The notes below the pieces were generated by a model. That model saw only the letters and a list, made by a program, of their open reading frames with translations, did not search any database and had not been told where the DNA came from. From Elusimicrobiota bacterium (GTDB lineage Bacteria; CG03; SLGR01; JBDRKX01), in assembly GCA_043813605.1 (NCBI GenBank), contig JBDRKX010000085.1, forward strand, positions 1 through 28,649: a stretch of 28,649 nucleotides of DNA, read 5' to 3'. Both the position numbers and the translations under genes were made by a program. Each line of letters opens with the position of its first letter. Position 1 is the stretch's first letter. Positions 27,569 through 28,649 of the stretch are shown piece after piece.

Positions 27569-28240
27569 TCATACTATTGATTTTTTTTCAAACGTTTCTT
27601 TCACTTCACCGCACGGCTGAAGAAGACAAACCGTAATATTCTCTGGAATATCACTTCGGTTTCCATCCCATAATTCCATACTTCTTGTTTCAAGAAATCT
27701 TCCGGTAAATTTTTCATGGGTATCTATTCTAAGCCTGCTTGACGGGGTATGGTAATGTATCGGTATTACTATCCGGGGATCCAGCTGTTCAACGATCCGG
27801 GCTGCTCCTTCCCAATCGACAGTAAACACTCCTCCTACCGGAACAGCAAGAATATCACACGGTCTGAGCATTTCCGCCTGATGCTTTTCCAGGACATGAC
27901 CTATATCACCCATGTGAACAAAATTTATATTATCTATCCTGATATTGAAGACTGTATTGCTTCCCCGCGATCTTCCTCCTTCATTGTCATGCCATGTGCT
28001 GACCCCGGTCATACTTATACCATACTCGCTGTATTTGCCGGCGCCTTTTATTACTGTCGGTTCACCCTGAATACGCCAGGATGCATTATGATCAGTATGA
28101 TCATGGGATACCGTAATTATATCCGCTTTGTCGGCCGGCATCACATAACCGTATGAATCGTCGTACGGATCGCATACAACCGTTATTCCATCGGCTGTAT
28201 TCAAGACCATGCAGGCCTGCCCGAACCATCTTATTCTCAT
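27569..28240 (-). CDS. Metallo-beta-lactamase-fold hydrolase
   Basis: IRWFGQAC, DPY, SHDHTDH (HxHxDH), HMGDIGH, IPIHY. Confidence 0.92.
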   Translation of the reverse strand: MRIRWFGQACMVLNTADGITVVCDPYDDSYGYVMPADKADIITVSHDHTDHNASWRIQGEPTVIKGAGKYSEYGISMTGVSTWHDNEGGRSRGSNTVFNIRIDNINFVHMGDIGHVLEKHQAEMLRPCDILAVPVGGVFTVDWEGAARIVEQLDPRIVIPIHYHTPSSRLRIDTHEKFTGRFLETRSMELWDGNRSDIPENITVCLLQPCGEVKETFEKKSIV

Positions 28241-28649
28241 TTACATAACCTCGGGAGAACTTACGCCTAGAAGAGAAAGGCCATTACCGATTATCTCCCT
28301 GACAGCGCTGAGAAGGAGCAGTCTGGCTTTTTCTTTTTCACTGCCCAAAATCCTGACCGAATCATAATATCTGTGAAAAGCGGTAGCCGTTTCCCTGAGA
28401 TATTCCGTTAGAAAATGCCCTGCTTTCAGTTCCGCGCACTTATAAAGTAAAAACGGGAAATGAGCCAGTATCTTTATCACTTCTTCTTCTTCAGGACCAA
28501 GAGTATCGATCAAATCAATATCAATCGTTTTAGGGTCAATATCCGCTTTTCTGAAAACCGAGCATATCCTGGCATGCGAATACTGCACATAGTATACCGG
28601 GTTTTTCTTATTGTCCTGTTTTGCGAGTTCTATATCAAACTCAAGCGGT
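28241..28649 (-). CDS. argS: Arginyl-tRNA synthetase, C-terminal DALR anticodon-binding domain (5'-truncated by the window edge)
   Basis: The frame is open to the window end: PLEFDIELAKQDNKKNPVYYVQYSHARICS..ARLLL..GLSLLGVSSPEVM (class-typical C-terminal P-E-x-M). Confidence 0.95.
   Translation of the reverse strand, partial: PLEFDIELAKQDNKKNPVYYVQYSHARICSVFRKADIDPKTIDIDLIDTLGPEEEEVIKILAHFPFLLYKCAELKAGHFLTEYLRETATAFHRYYDSVRILGSEKEKARLLLLSAVREIIGNGLSLLGVSSPEVM

Noticed and set aside
27569..28240. MBL-fold gene as an antibiotic resistance or defence nuclease gene
   Set aside because: It has no signal peptide and a housekeeping context directly after argS, and it resembles the widespread uncharacterised Zn-hydrolase group.
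1..28649. tRNA, rRNA, IS/transposase, integrase or prophage genes
   Set aside because: None were recognised. All intergenic gaps are under about 360 nt and show no cloverleaf or terminal-repeat-plus-transposase structure.

Overview
Bacterial chromosomal window, almost all on the minus strand, with two parts. (1) 8190-28649 is a large amino-acid biosynthesis supercluster. In transcription order it reads argS (3' end), an MBL-fold hydrolase, an AlaC/DapL-like aminotransferase, hom, then a plus-strand thrC-apgM block, then lysC, cimA, a small membrane ORF, ilvD, ilvB, ilvN, ilvC, leuA, leuC, leuD, leuB and asd. (2) 1-8148 is a cell-envelope cluster: a single-domain response regulator, a secreted protein with a T9SS/FlgD-Ig-like C-terminal sorting domain, a PorV/UPF0164-like beta-barrel fused to TPRs, a TPR-TM-HEAT membrane protein, and a very large fibronectin-III repeat protein (at least 981 aa). 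The last gene runs off the window start and is absent from the supplied ORF track. Shine-Dalgarno usage and gene types suggest a diderm outside Bacteroidota, possibly Elusimicrobiota-like (inference only). The most interesting signals are the PorV plus CTD-cargo module, the giant FN3 protein with a lectin-like domain nested inside an FN3 domain, the inverted or xenologous thrC-apgM block (apgM a candidate non-canonical homoserine kinase), a heptad-repeat inverted element between ilvB and ilvN, and GGA-rich leaders. All family assignments come from motif recognition by eye, not database searches.
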